A stretch of 64,000 nucleotides of DNA, from assembly GCA_017505785.1 (NCBI GenBank), contig JAFVOQ010000061.1:62-64061 (forward strand), given 5' to 3'. The notes beneath the pieces are model-generated. The model did no database searches and was not told the origin of the DNA. It saw nothing but the letters and a program-made list of their open reading frames with translations. Below, piece after piece: positions 38,303 to 46,885 of this stretch. Source of the stretch: Clostridia bacterium (GTDB lineage Bacteria; Bacillota; Clostridia; Oscillospirales; CAG-272). The translations under genes were made by a program, and so were the position numbers. The first letter of the stretch is position 1. Each line of letters starts with the position of its first letter.

Positions 38303-39577
38303 ATGCTTACATCTATTGTTGGTATCAACTGGGGTGACGAAGGCAAGGGCCGTATGGTAGACCTTCTTTCCGAGGAACAGGACATCGTTGTTCGCTATCA
38401 GGGCGGCAATAACGCCGGACACACCGTAATTAACGAGCGCGGTAAATTTATTCTTAATCTTCTGCCCTCCGGCATTCTCCGCCCTGACGTAGTTTGTGTT
38501 ATGGGCAACGGCATGGCAATTGATCTTGAACACCTTGAAAAAGAAAGTGCCAAGCTTATTGAGGCAGGCGTTGAGATCTCGCCCAAAAATCTTAAGATCA
38601 GCGATCGCGCTATTTTAACGCTTCCCTATCACGTGCAGCTTGATTGCCTTGAGGAAGAGCGTTTGGCGGGCGAAAAATACGGCTCTACGCGCCGCGGCAT
38701 TGCACCCGTTTACGGCGACAAATATATGAAAAAGGCAATTCGCGCAGGCGATCTTCTTGATCTTGACTACCTTGCAAAACGCCTGAAGGGTGTCGTTGCC
38801 TATAAATCCTTGATGATCGAAGGCGTTTATAAGGCCGAGCCCCTTAATTACGACGAGCTTTTTGCTTGGCTCAAGAAATACGCCGAAATGTACAAGGATT
38901 ACATTGTTGACACGGGCATCTACCTTACCGAGGCTGTAAAAGCAGGCAAACGCATTATGTTTGAGGCTCAGCTTGGCGCTTTGCGTGATATTGATTTTGG
39001 TATTTACCCCTACACATCTTCCTCCTCCACCATTGCTGCCTATGCTCCCATTGGTGCAGGCATTCCCGGCGTGAAGCTTGACGAGGTTTACGGCGTGATG
39101 AAGGCTTACTCCACGTGCGTAGGCGAAGGTCCCTTCACCTGTGAGTGGTTTGGCGAGGAAGCTGAGGAGCTTCGCGCTGCGGGCGGCGAGTACGGTGCTG
39201 CTACCGGCCGTCCCCGTCGTGTAGGTCCGTTTGACGTGGTTGCTTCCCGTTACGGTTGCCGCGTGCAGGGTGCTGATTACATCGCCCTGACCAAGACCGA
39301 CATTCTTTCTTATATGAAGAAAATCCCGATCTGCGTTGCTTATGATGTAAACGGCAAGCGCGTGACCGAGTTCCCCACCGGCGAGGCTCTCAATAGCGCA
39401 AAACCCATTTACGAATACGTTGACGGTTGGAACTGTGATATTACGGGTTGCCGCACGATCGAGGATATGCCCAAGGAGCTGATTGCTTACGTCAAGAAGC
39501 TTGAGGAGCTGGTTGATTGCAAGATCAAATACGTTTCTGTCGGTGCAGAGCGTGAGGCTTATGTACAAATGTTTTAA
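38303..39577 (+). CDS. purA: adenylosuccinate synthetase
   Basis: GINWGDEGKG, QGGNNAGHT, STRRGIAP, GEYGAATGRPRR. Confidence 0.98.
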   Translation: MLTSIVGINWGDEGKGRMVDLLSEEQDIVVRYQGGNNAGHTVINERGKFILNLLPSGILRPDVVCVMGNGMAIDLEHLEKESAKLIEAGVEISPKNLKISDRAILTLPYHVQLDCLEEERLAGEKYGSTRRGIAPVYGDKYMKKAIRAGDLLDLDYLAKRLKGVVAYKSLMIEGVYKAEPLNYDELFAWLKKYAEMYKDYIVDTGIYLTEAVKAGKRIMFEAQLGALRDIDFGIYPYTSSSSTIAAYAPIGAGIPGVKLDEVYGVMKAYSTCVGEGPFTCEWFGEEAEELRAAGGEYGAATGRPRRVGPFDVVASRYGCRVQGADYIALTKTDILSYMKKIPICVAYDVNGKRVTEFPTGEALNSAKPIYEYVDGWNCDITGCRTIEDMPKELIAYVKKLEELVDCKIKYVSVGAEREAYVQMF

Positions 39578-39583
39578 TCCATA

Positions 39584-39621
39584 ACAAAAAACCGTTTCCC
39601 GGCGGGAAACGGTTTTTTGTT
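39584..39621 (+). terminator. terminator after purA
   Basis: aacaaaaaaccgtttccc/gggaaacggttttttgtt. Confidence 0.8.
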
Positions 39622-39809
39622 ATAATAGCAAATTTAAGGCAATTTCTCCATTGTATTTCCTCAACAGGCAAACGGCATAATACAACTATGATTTTACAAA
39701 AATAGACCTTTTTTTAACAAAAGCACTTGAAAAGAATGTTTTTATATGCTATACTATATGCATACGGTCACGAAAAACATATTGTTCTGTCAAAAGGAGG
39801 GGCCTTGTC

Positions 39810-40781
39810 GTGAAGTCTGAAATTCTTTCCCGTCTTGCGTATATCAATGATGAGGAACGACGCATCATCGAGGGCGAACAAAAAATCAACAAAAAGCTCT
39901 ATTCTGCTTTTGCAAAGGAATTTATCATCAATCAGCACCGCCTCATGCAAGAGGATGAGCAGATCGCCTTACGCCGACATACACGCTTTACCGATTTCCC
40001 CTCCCACGGACACAACTATGTGGAAATGACCTACGTTTGCTCGGGCGAGCTTACGCATGTCATCAAGCACCGTGAAGTAAAAATGCACGCGGGCGACGTC
40101 TTGCTTTTAAACCGTCACACACAGCATAGCGTACGCAAAACGGGTGAGGAGGATATTGCAATCAACGTGCTGCTTTCAACCGATTGCTTCCATTCCTTTG
40201 CCTCGGTGCTTCCCGCATCCTCTCCCCTTTCCTCCTTTATGGCGGAAAATATTCGCTCTAACGGCGAAGCGGAATACATGCTCTTTTCCACCGAGGGCGT
40301 TCCGCCTCTTGAAAATTTGTTTGAAAATCTTTGCTATGCAATGGTTGGTAATGATATTTTAAGCAATGAAATATTAAAAACTACCGTTGCGCTGATCCTA
40401 CGCCACTTTGCGGAGCTACCGGAATGTATGATCACCGCAGCTCGCCACCGTTCCGACGCTGAGCTTTTGCAAGCGCGCATCGAAGAATATTTACGCACGG
40501 AATTTCGCACCGCCACCTTGACGGAATTAGCGGAAAAGCTTGGTTTAAGCGTTCCCTACCTTTCCAAGCGCGTGCGTGAGCTTTGCGGCATGACATTCAG
40601 CCAGCTTTTACAGGAGGAGCGCTTTGCAGAATCCATTCGCTTACTGGAAAACACAGATCTACCTGTTGGCGACATCATTATTGCTGTTGGATACGAAAAC
40701 ACAAGCTTTTTCCATAATCAATTCAGAGCGCGCTACAATTGTTCTCCCTTTAAATGGCGCAAAACGCGCACAACAAAGTAA
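39810..40781 (+). CDS. AraC family transcriptional regulator (cupin + HTH)
   Basis: HTRF..FP.HGHNYVEM.YV..G cupin; YLSKRVRELCG.TF, VGYENTSFF...FR..Y..SP HTH; sigmaA TTGAAA-17-TATACT upstream. Confidence 0.93.
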   Translation: MKSEILSRLAYINDEERRIIEGEQKINKKLYSAFAKEFIINQHRLMQEDEQIALRRHTRFTDFPSHGHNYVEMTYVCSGELTHVIKHREVKMHAGDVLLLNRHTQHSVRKTGEEDIAINVLLSTDCFHSFASVLPASSPLSSFMAENIRSNGEAEYMLFSTEGVPPLENLFENLCYAMVGNDILSNEILKTTVALILRHFAELPECMITAARHRSDAELLQARIEEYLRTEFRTATLTELAEKLGLSVPYLSKRVRELCGMTFSQLLQEERFAESIRLLENTDLPVGDIIIAVGYENTSFFHNQFRARYNCSPFKWRKTRTTK

Positions 40782-40797
40782 CCTTATTTAATTCATC

Positions 40798-40837
40798 AAA
40801 GCGCGGCTCGTGTAAAATTTTACACGAGCCGCGCTTT
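40798..40837. terminator. perfect 40-bp palindrome between convergent genes
   Basis: aaagcgcggctcgtgtaaaa|ttttacacgagccgcgcttt, no spacer. Confidence 0.8.
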
Positions 40838-40910
40838 AATTATGGTTTTTAAGGGGGAGCACCTGCAAAAGCAAGTGCTCCGTAGTTTTCAGTTATTCTC
40901 TGTACACAGC

Positions 40911-41747
40911 TTACGAGTTACCGCAGCATCTGCCTCGCCCGTTGCCGTTACTGTTGGAAGCGGGGGCTATATTATTGGGGCAAAAAGCAGCGGTGGGGAA
41001 AGGCATTTGACGGAATGTGCAGCAGGGATCCTCATCAGCGGTATCCGTGCATTCCTTATCCGGCAAGCAAAATTCGGTTGCCTCAACGAGCAATTGCCCG
41101 TCGCGCACCAAACGAATCACCGAGAAAAGACCAAGCGAAATGGTAAGATAGCGGTTATCGCCATTTTGATCTCCGCCAAGCGCGCCGCCAAGGCTATCGG
41201 TTACCGCCGCGGGAATATCACAGCAGCAGCAACAGCAATGGCAATCACATTCCTCAAGAATACGTGCACCAAGCACTACGGGCTGTACCACCTCGATCAC
41301 TGCCTCGGGGTTATTATGCCCACAGCAAACAGGCTCGGGTGCAGCACAGAAATTATCACACGCCTTGCTACGGAAAATGCTAACGTTGCTTTGGCCGCCA
41401 AAGAGCACTACGCGCTTTTCAAGCACAGCAATGCCTTCAATGGTCTGAGATTGGCACATGGGTACGCAAACCTCAAATTCACACCGCACGTAAAATCTTA
41501 CAAGCACCGTATAAAAACCGCTATTGAATTGTACGGGATCTACCGAAATATTGGAAGCCACGATCTCGGCACATTTCACACGAACATTTCCTGTACGAGC
41601 GATCAACTCCTCGCCCCCACAGGTAAGGAACACGCGAACATCCTCGAAGCAATCCCTGTCACGGCAAGCATCGAGAATTCTTGAGGCTTCAATACCGAAG
41701 CGCTCCCCCGCGCCGTTCCCCGAACAGGAAAATCTGTTTTCTCCCAT
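40911..41747 (-). CDS. Cys-rich hypothetical protein, probable spore coat/exosporium component
   Basis: 27 Cys in 278 aa incl. CDCHCCCCCC; GAGGAGG RBS; CATAGGATA -10 upstream. Confidence 0.7.
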   Translation of the reverse strand: MGENRFSCSGNGAGERFGIEASRILDACRDRDCFEDVRVFLTCGGEELIARTGNVRVKCAEIVASNISVDPVQFNSGFYTVLVRFYVRCEFEVCVPMCQSQTIEGIAVLEKRVVLFGGQSNVSIFRSKACDNFCAAPEPVCCGHNNPEAVIEVVQPVVLGARILEECDCHCCCCCCDIPAAVTDSLGGALGGDQNGDNRYLTISLGLFSVIRLVRDGQLLVEATEFCLPDKECTDTADEDPCCTFRQMPFPTAAFCPNNIAPASNSNGNGRGRCCGNS

Positions 41748-41831
41748 AGGAAATGGTTCCTCCTCAAAAAGATTTCAGAGCAATACTGCTCTTCCCTATT
41801 ATCCTATGAAAGAGATGTCGAATTTGACAGC

Positions 41832-44102
41832 TTATTGTAAAACAAAGCGATATTTTTCCTCAAAAACAATATAAGAAGTATCCTCTCTGATCTCAAGGAA
41901 TAGTAATATCTTCTCGTTGGGAATCAATACCGTACCGATCTCGCCCTCTCGTAAAACGATCTCGTTATGCGGCACGGGTCCATGTGCGCCGAGAACATAA
42001 AAATCTGCCTTAAGTGCGGCAGTATCCGCACCAATCTCTCGTCGATTTTCCGACATAGCCGCACTTTCATAATACAGCACACTGTTTCCAAACTCAACTG
42101 TAAGGGATAGTACCGGTTCTGTTGAACGAGAGCAAAAAATAGGCTCACTGACATAAAGCACTCCACTCTCGAATACGGTAAGTGCGGTATCGTATGCATA
42201 CACTGTCACAGCAATATTTTGCGAGCTTGCTATGTTAAACAAGGTTTCAAAAACAACAAATTCATCGGCATTGCGCGGTTTTGGCAGCCAAAGAGCGTGA
42301 ATTGTAACGCGATCGCTAAAGCGCGCAAACGAGGTCTTTTGTGCGCTGTGATAATGGGTAAAAAGCAAAACGTCTAGCGAGGTGGCACCCTCCTCTTGTA
42401 ACAGTTGCCAGCCGTTTTGAAGCTGCGTGCTGCTACCGCTTGAAAGATCACACAGCACAGTGCCGTCATTTCCAATGAATCCAACACTCTCGTTTTTGCC
42501 ACTCATACGGTAAAGAGCCACCAGCTGACCGTCGCTGATAAGTCTGTTAATCGACAGACAAACGACAAAACCGATCACCAGTGCCAGCATAGGAGAGAAC
42601 ACAAACCACCAACGCTTTTTCAGATCAACAAGAAGCAAAATAACGGCAAAAATGATACAGGGTGTAAGAAGATACGGCAAAAAGTCGTATTGTAAGGAAA
42701 TTACCGTATCGGGCTTTGCCAAAGCAGAAACAAGCCAAAGACAAAGATTGCCGATCGTCCGACATAAAAATGCAAACGGTGCTACGGGATACAAAAGCAG
42801 CACGCCAAGTCCAAGCAATAAAAACGGCGCGGCAAGCGGAATTAAAAGGAGATTGGAGATCGGTGTGATCGTTGCAATTTCACCAAAGGTAAACCACTGT
42901 ACAGGCACAATAGCAAATCCTGCAAAAAGTGTGATCAACAAAGAGGAAATGACACCTCGGATGCATTTAAAAAGCACACCTTGCTTTCCCTTTCTTTTGG
43001 GAAAACTCGCCAAAAGGCTTGCGTGCGCTCTGCTAAATGCAAGAATACCAAAGGTTGCAAGCATGGTGAGCTGATATGAGGTACTGAAAATAGCATACGG
43101 CTGCCACATAAGAATGAGTGTTGCTACAAGGAATAGTGAGGTAAGCGCATCTGCATGATTTTTCATAAAAAAGGCAAGATAAACAAGCATTAGCATCAAC
43201 ACTGCACGCAAGGTTGAAAGTGTGCAACCGGTAAGCAAGAGATAGCCAAGCATTAAAAGCATTGTGAGCGATATGCGCAGCTTTTTATGCGTGCCAAACG
43301 CATACAGCAGCCTTTCAAAAACACCTGCTAAAATGCCGATGTGTAATCCGCTAAGTGCTAAAAGATGCATCACTCCCGCACGTTGAAAGTTGCGTGTGGT
43401 CGTTGCATCAAGACCGTCGCGCGCACCAAGCAGCATAGCATTTAAAAGATTGGCGGATTCTCCCCCAACCTCGGATACAACCCTTGTACACAGTCGCATG
43501 CGAGCATTTTCAAGCAAAATCGCTGCTTTGCTTGAGGTGTGATCAAGTAGCAAAAGATCCTCAGTTGTTTCCTTCAGCAATATAATACTGCAACCGTTGG
43601 CCTTGTATTGATAGTGTTGATTTTTATAATAGTTTCCGTATGTTAGAGGCATCACCTGAAAGGTTCCCGAAACGCGATCCCCACGATAAAAGGGGGAGGC
43701 AAAATCCAAAAGCAGTACAGCCTTCCCTGTGCACGCTTCTCCGCCCACGGTTTCTATCTTAACGATCAGCTCAGCAGAATATCCGTTTGTATGAGAAACC
43801 TCCTCTACGGTAAATACAGCCGTAGCTTGCGTTCCGATATGAGCAGTAAGAACCTCGCTTTGTTTTGTGTAAAACGCACTTCTCAAAGTGCCAAGTAAAA
43901 CACCCAGCGCCAAAAGCCCAAGATATATTTTGGTGTAGGAGTATCCACGCCATAAAAGCAAAACAAGCAAAAGCAAAAAAATGGCCGCTGCCGCCAACAC
44001 AAGTGCAATATTGATAGAATTATAAACAAATAAGCCTAACGTAATTGCCACAATAAAGAGGCAACACGCGGCAGCTAACGGTCGCTTTACAAATATCGCC
44101 AT
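41832..44102 (-). CDS. comEC: ComEC/Rec2 DNA uptake channel protein
   Basis: TM + OB region, 'GVMHLLALSGLHIG', 'LRAVLM', 'SYQLTMLAT.GI', 'ISNLLLIP', degenerate C-terminal MBL domain. Confidence 0.9.
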   Translation of the reverse strand: MAIFVKRPLAAACCLFIVAITLGLFVYNSINIALVLAAAAIFLLLLVLLLWRGYSYTKIYLGLLALGVLLGTLRSAFYTKQSEVLTAHIGTQATAVFTVEEVSHTNGYSAELIVKIETVGGEACTGKAVLLLDFASPFYRGDRVSGTFQVMPLTYGNYYKNQHYQYKANGCSIILLKETTEDLLLLDHTSSKAAILLENARMRLCTRVVSEVGGESANLLNAMLLGARDGLDATTTRNFQRAGVMHLLALSGLHIGILAGVFERLLYAFGTHKKLRISLTMLLMLGYLLLTGCTLSTLRAVLMLMLVYLAFFMKNHADALTSLFLVATLILMWQPYAIFSTSYQLTMLATFGILAFSRAHASLLASFPKRKGKQGVLFKCIRGVISSLLITLFAGFAIVPVQWFTFGEIATITPISNLLLIPLAAPFLLLGLGVLLLYPVAPFAFLCRTIGNLCLWLVSALAKPDTVISLQYDFLPYLLTPCIIFAVILLLVDLKKRWWFVFSPMLALVIGFVVCLSINRLISDGQLVALYRMSGKNESVGFIGNDGTVLCDLSSGSSTQLQNGWQLLQEEGATSLDVLLFTHYHSAQKTSFARFSDRVTIHALWLPKPRNADEFVVFETLFNIASSQNIAVTVYAYDTALTVFESGVLYVSEPIFCSRSTEPVLSLTVEFGNSVLYYESAAMSENRREIGADTAALKADFYVLGAHGPVPHNEIVLREGEIGTVLIPNEKILLFLEIREDTSYIVFEEKYRFVLQ

Positions 44103-44135
44103 ATCCTGCTCATTTCTCTAAAAAATTATATATTG

Positions 44136-44164
44136 ATTATACGTTTTTTATCAAAAAAAGTCAA
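44136..44164 (-). promoter_or_regulatory. sigmaA promoter of comEC
   Basis: TTGACT-17-TATAAT on the minus strand. Confidence 0.65.
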
Positions 44165-44202
44165 CCTTTTCCATTGATATACACCTATTTTAAAGAAAAT
44201 GC

Positions 44203-44231
44203 TTGACAAAATTCGTTTTGCTATATATAAT
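44203..44231 (+). promoter_or_regulatory. consensus sigmaA promoter of the ACP gene
   Basis: TTGACA-17-TATAAT. Confidence 0.8.
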
Positions 44232-44259
44232 AAAACTAATAACTTTTGGAGGACTGTTT

Positions 44260-44481
44260 ATGTTTGATAAAGTAAAGCAAATTCTGATTGATGAATTGCA
44301 GCTTGATGAAAGCGAGATCACGCTCGAGGCGGAGCTCTCGAAGGATCTTGGCATCAACTCGATTGAACTTGCCGATCTTATCATGATGTGTGAAGAACAA
44401 TTTGGCATTGAAATTTCAGAGGATGATGCCAATGAGTTTGTTACCGTCGGTGACATTGTAAACTATCTTGAAAAACTTTAA
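44260..44481 (+). CDS. acpP: acyl carrier protein
   Basis: 73 aa acidic; MFDKVKQIL, DLGINSIEL (phosphopantetheine Ser), FGIEI, TVGDIV.YLE; GGAGG RBS. Confidence 0.9.
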   Translation: MFDKVKQILIDELQLDESEITLEAELSKDLGINSIELADLIMMCEEQFGIEISEDDANEFVTVGDIVNYLEKL

Positions 44482-44488
44482 TTTTGAA

Positions 44489-44528
44489 CACCAAAAGGCG
44501 CACGAGCATTGCTTGTGCGCCTTTTGGT
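44489..44528 (+). terminator. terminator after the ACP gene
   Basis: accaaaaggcgcac/gtgcgccttttggt stem. Confidence 0.7.
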
Positions 44529-44573
44529 TATATTTTTAAAAGTTTTCACCTATATTTCAATGAGGTGAGAATC

Positions 44574-45323
44574 ATGTTTAAAAAATGGTCGTTTTTATCA
44601 TTTTTCAGTTTGTTTGTAGCGATATCTCTTCTTTTTTCCACTCTTTCCTTCTCTTTTTTTAAGAATAGCATGGATCTATCAACCAATACCATGCCGTATG
44701 AAGAATGCGTGATCGTAATCGATGCAGGTCACGGCGGTATTGACGGTGGTGCCACGGGTACAAACGGCGTGACGGAAAAGGATCTTAATTTAGCTGTTGC
44801 AAGCAAGCTTGCTGCCCTTTTTCGTATGACGGGCTATACCGTAATAGAAACGCGCACAAGTGATTGCTCACTTGCAGATACAGATGCAAAAAAAGGACAC
44901 GTGAAGCAATCGGATCTTACCAATCGCCTGAAAATTTCCAATCAATATCCAAAAAGTGTTTTGATCAGCATTCACATGAATACCTACCCCGGGGTTGATT
45001 GCAGTGGGCTTCAGGTCTGGTATTCTCAGAATAACGATCTTTCCGCCGAGCTGGCAAACGCTGTACAAGGCGGCGTGAAATCAATGCTACAGCCGCAAAA
45101 CAACCGAAAGATCAAGGCGGCAACCTCCTCTATCTATCTTTTGCGCCATGCTGAAAATCCCGCAATTCTCATTGAATGTGGCTTTATTTCAAACGTTGAA
45201 GAATGTGAAAAGCTGACAACTGAAATCTATCAAAAGGAGCTTGCGCTTGCAATTTTTGCTTCGCTACACAAAAAAATGCAAAACGACACTTGCGATAACA
45301 CCAAAAGAATGTTATACTACTAA
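44574..45323 (+). CDS. cwlD: N-acetylmuramoyl-L-alanine amidase (CwlD-like)
   Basis: TM, VIDAGHGGIDGG, EKDLNL, ISIHMN, ILIECGFISN; sigmaE-like TTATATT-14-CCTATATT at 44528-44556. Confidence 0.8.
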   Translation: MFKKWSFLSFFSLFVAISLLFSTLSFSFFKNSMDLSTNTMPYEECVIVIDAGHGGIDGGATGTNGVTEKDLNLAVASKLAALFRMTGYTVIETRTSDCSLADTDAKKGHVKQSDLTNRLKISNQYPKSVLISIHMNTYPGVDCSGLQVWYSQNNDLSAELANAVQGGVKSMLQPQNNRKIKAATSSIYLLRHAENPAILIECGFISNVEECEKLTTEIYQKELALAIFASLHKKMQNDTCDNTKRMLYY

Positions 45324-45346
45324 CAGTAATATCATGGGAGGTTCAA

Positions 45347-46744
45347 ATGAAGGGGCTTAAAACAATTTACGTTTGTTCTGAATGTGGATATAGATCCCCA
45401 AAATGGATGGGAAAATGTACTGCGTGCGGTGCCTGGAACAGCTTTGTTGAGGATGTGGTAGAGGATGAGAAAAAGAATTCTGCAAGCGCGGCGCGTCACG
45501 CACTGACCGCACGTTCGGGCGAGCATCGTGCCACACCCTACAGGGAGCTTGAAATGCCCTCTTACATCCGCACGGCAACGGGTCTTGCCGAGCTTGACCG
45601 TGTACTCGGTGGCGGCTTGGTGCTTGGTTCCGTAGTGCTTCTTTCCGGTGAACCGGGCATCGGCAAATCCACACTTTTGATGCAGATCTCCGATATTCTC
45701 GGCGCGCACCGCCGTGTACTCTACATTTCAGGCGAGGAATCCAGCGGTCAGTTAAAGCTGCGCGCTGAGCGACTTGGCGTGCGCGGAGAAAACCTTTCTA
45801 TCCTCACGGAAACCAATATTGAAAAAATACTTGCCGAGATCGACCGTGTAAAGCCTGACGTAGCGATTGTGGATTCCATTCAAACGATTTACAGCGAGAA
45901 CATCGCTTCTACGGCAGGAGCAGTAACGCAGGTGCGTGAAACGGCACTTGCCCTTATCAATAAAGCAAAAGCAGACAATATTTCTGTAATACTGGTTGGT
46001 CACGTCAACAAGGAAGGCAGTATTGCCGGTCCCAAGATCCTTGAACACATGGTTGATGCGGTGCTCTATTTTGAGGGCGAGCGTCAGCAGACCTACCGCA
46101 TCATTCGTGCTATTAAAAACCGCTATGGCTCTACCAATGAAATCGGCGTGTTTGAAATGACAGACCAGGGGCTTTCAGAGGTACAAAACCCCTCGGAAAT
46201 GCTGCTTGCCGGAAGACCGCAAAACACCTCGGGTAACTGTGCCGTTTGTACCATGGAGGGCACGCGACCGCTGATTGCGGAAATTCAGGCACTTGTCAGT
46301 GCCACTGCCTTCCCCGCCCCGCGCCGCACCTCAAACGGCATTGACTACAACCGCCTTTGTTTGATACTGGCAGTGCTTGAAAAACGCTTAGGACTTCGCT
46401 TTTCCGCAAATGACGTCTATATTAACGTTATTGGCGGCATGCACCTTGATGAGCCCGCCTCTGATCTTGCCGTGGCCATGGCGCTCATTTCCTCGCTTAC
46501 AGACCGTGCCGTCCCCGATGACCTCATTGCAATCGGCGAGCTTGGGCTTTCCGGCGAATGTCGCGCGGTATCCGGGCTTGAATATCGCGTAAAGGAAGCG
46601 GCGCGCCTTGGTTTTTGCCGCGCAGTTGTTCCCTGCCGCAATCTTGAAAAAAGGCAGATCAAGGCAGATATTGAGCTTATCCCGATCAAAAGCATTTTTG
46701 AAATTTTGAAATTGCTTAGCCCCACCAACAAACAGGAACTATAA
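45347..46744 (+). CDS. radA: DNA repair protein RadA/Sms
   Basis: CSECG..SPKWMGKCTAC, GEPGIGKST, KNRYG, Lon-like C-terminus. Confidence 0.98.
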   Translation: MKGLKTIYVCSECGYRSPKWMGKCTACGAWNSFVEDVVEDEKKNSASAARHALTARSGEHRATPYRELEMPSYIRTATGLAELDRVLGGGLVLGSVVLLSGEPGIGKSTLLMQISDILGAHRRVLYISGEESSGQLKLRAERLGVRGENLSILTETNIEKILAEIDRVKPDVAIVDSIQTIYSENIASTAGAVTQVRETALALINKAKADNISVILVGHVNKEGSIAGPKILEHMVDAVLYFEGERQQTYRIIRAIKNRYGSTNEIGVFEMTDQGLSEVQNPSEMLLAGRPQNTSGNCAVCTMEGTRPLIAEIQALVSATAFPAPRRTSNGIDYNRLCLILAVLEKRLGLRFSANDVYINVIGGMHLDEPASDLAVAMALISSLTDRAVPDDLIAIGELGLSGECRAVSGLEYRVKEAARLGFCRAVVPCRNLEKRQIKADIELIPIKSIFEILKLLSPTNKQEL

Positions 46745-46752
46745 TTAACAAG

Positions 46753-46783
46753 AAGGGGCTGAGTCATTAGGCTCAGCCCCTTT
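46753..46783 (+). terminator. terminator after radA
   Basis: aaggggctgag/ctcagcccctt. Confidence 0.7.
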
Positions 46784-46885
46784 AAAGTTTACAATTCTTT
46801 CAAAAAAAATGTTAATATCTAACACTCTTGACTTTTGAGTTGTGATATAATAAACATATGTTTAAAGAAAAAGCGAGGATCTTAT

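Noticed and set aside
38615-39568. 317-aa antisense ORF inside purA
   Set aside because: Typical shadow frame of a highly expressed gene.
40842-41684. 280-aa + strand ORF opposite the Cys-rich gene
   Set aside because: The minus frame has the GAGGAGG RBS, promoter and coherent Cys pattern; the plus frame has none.
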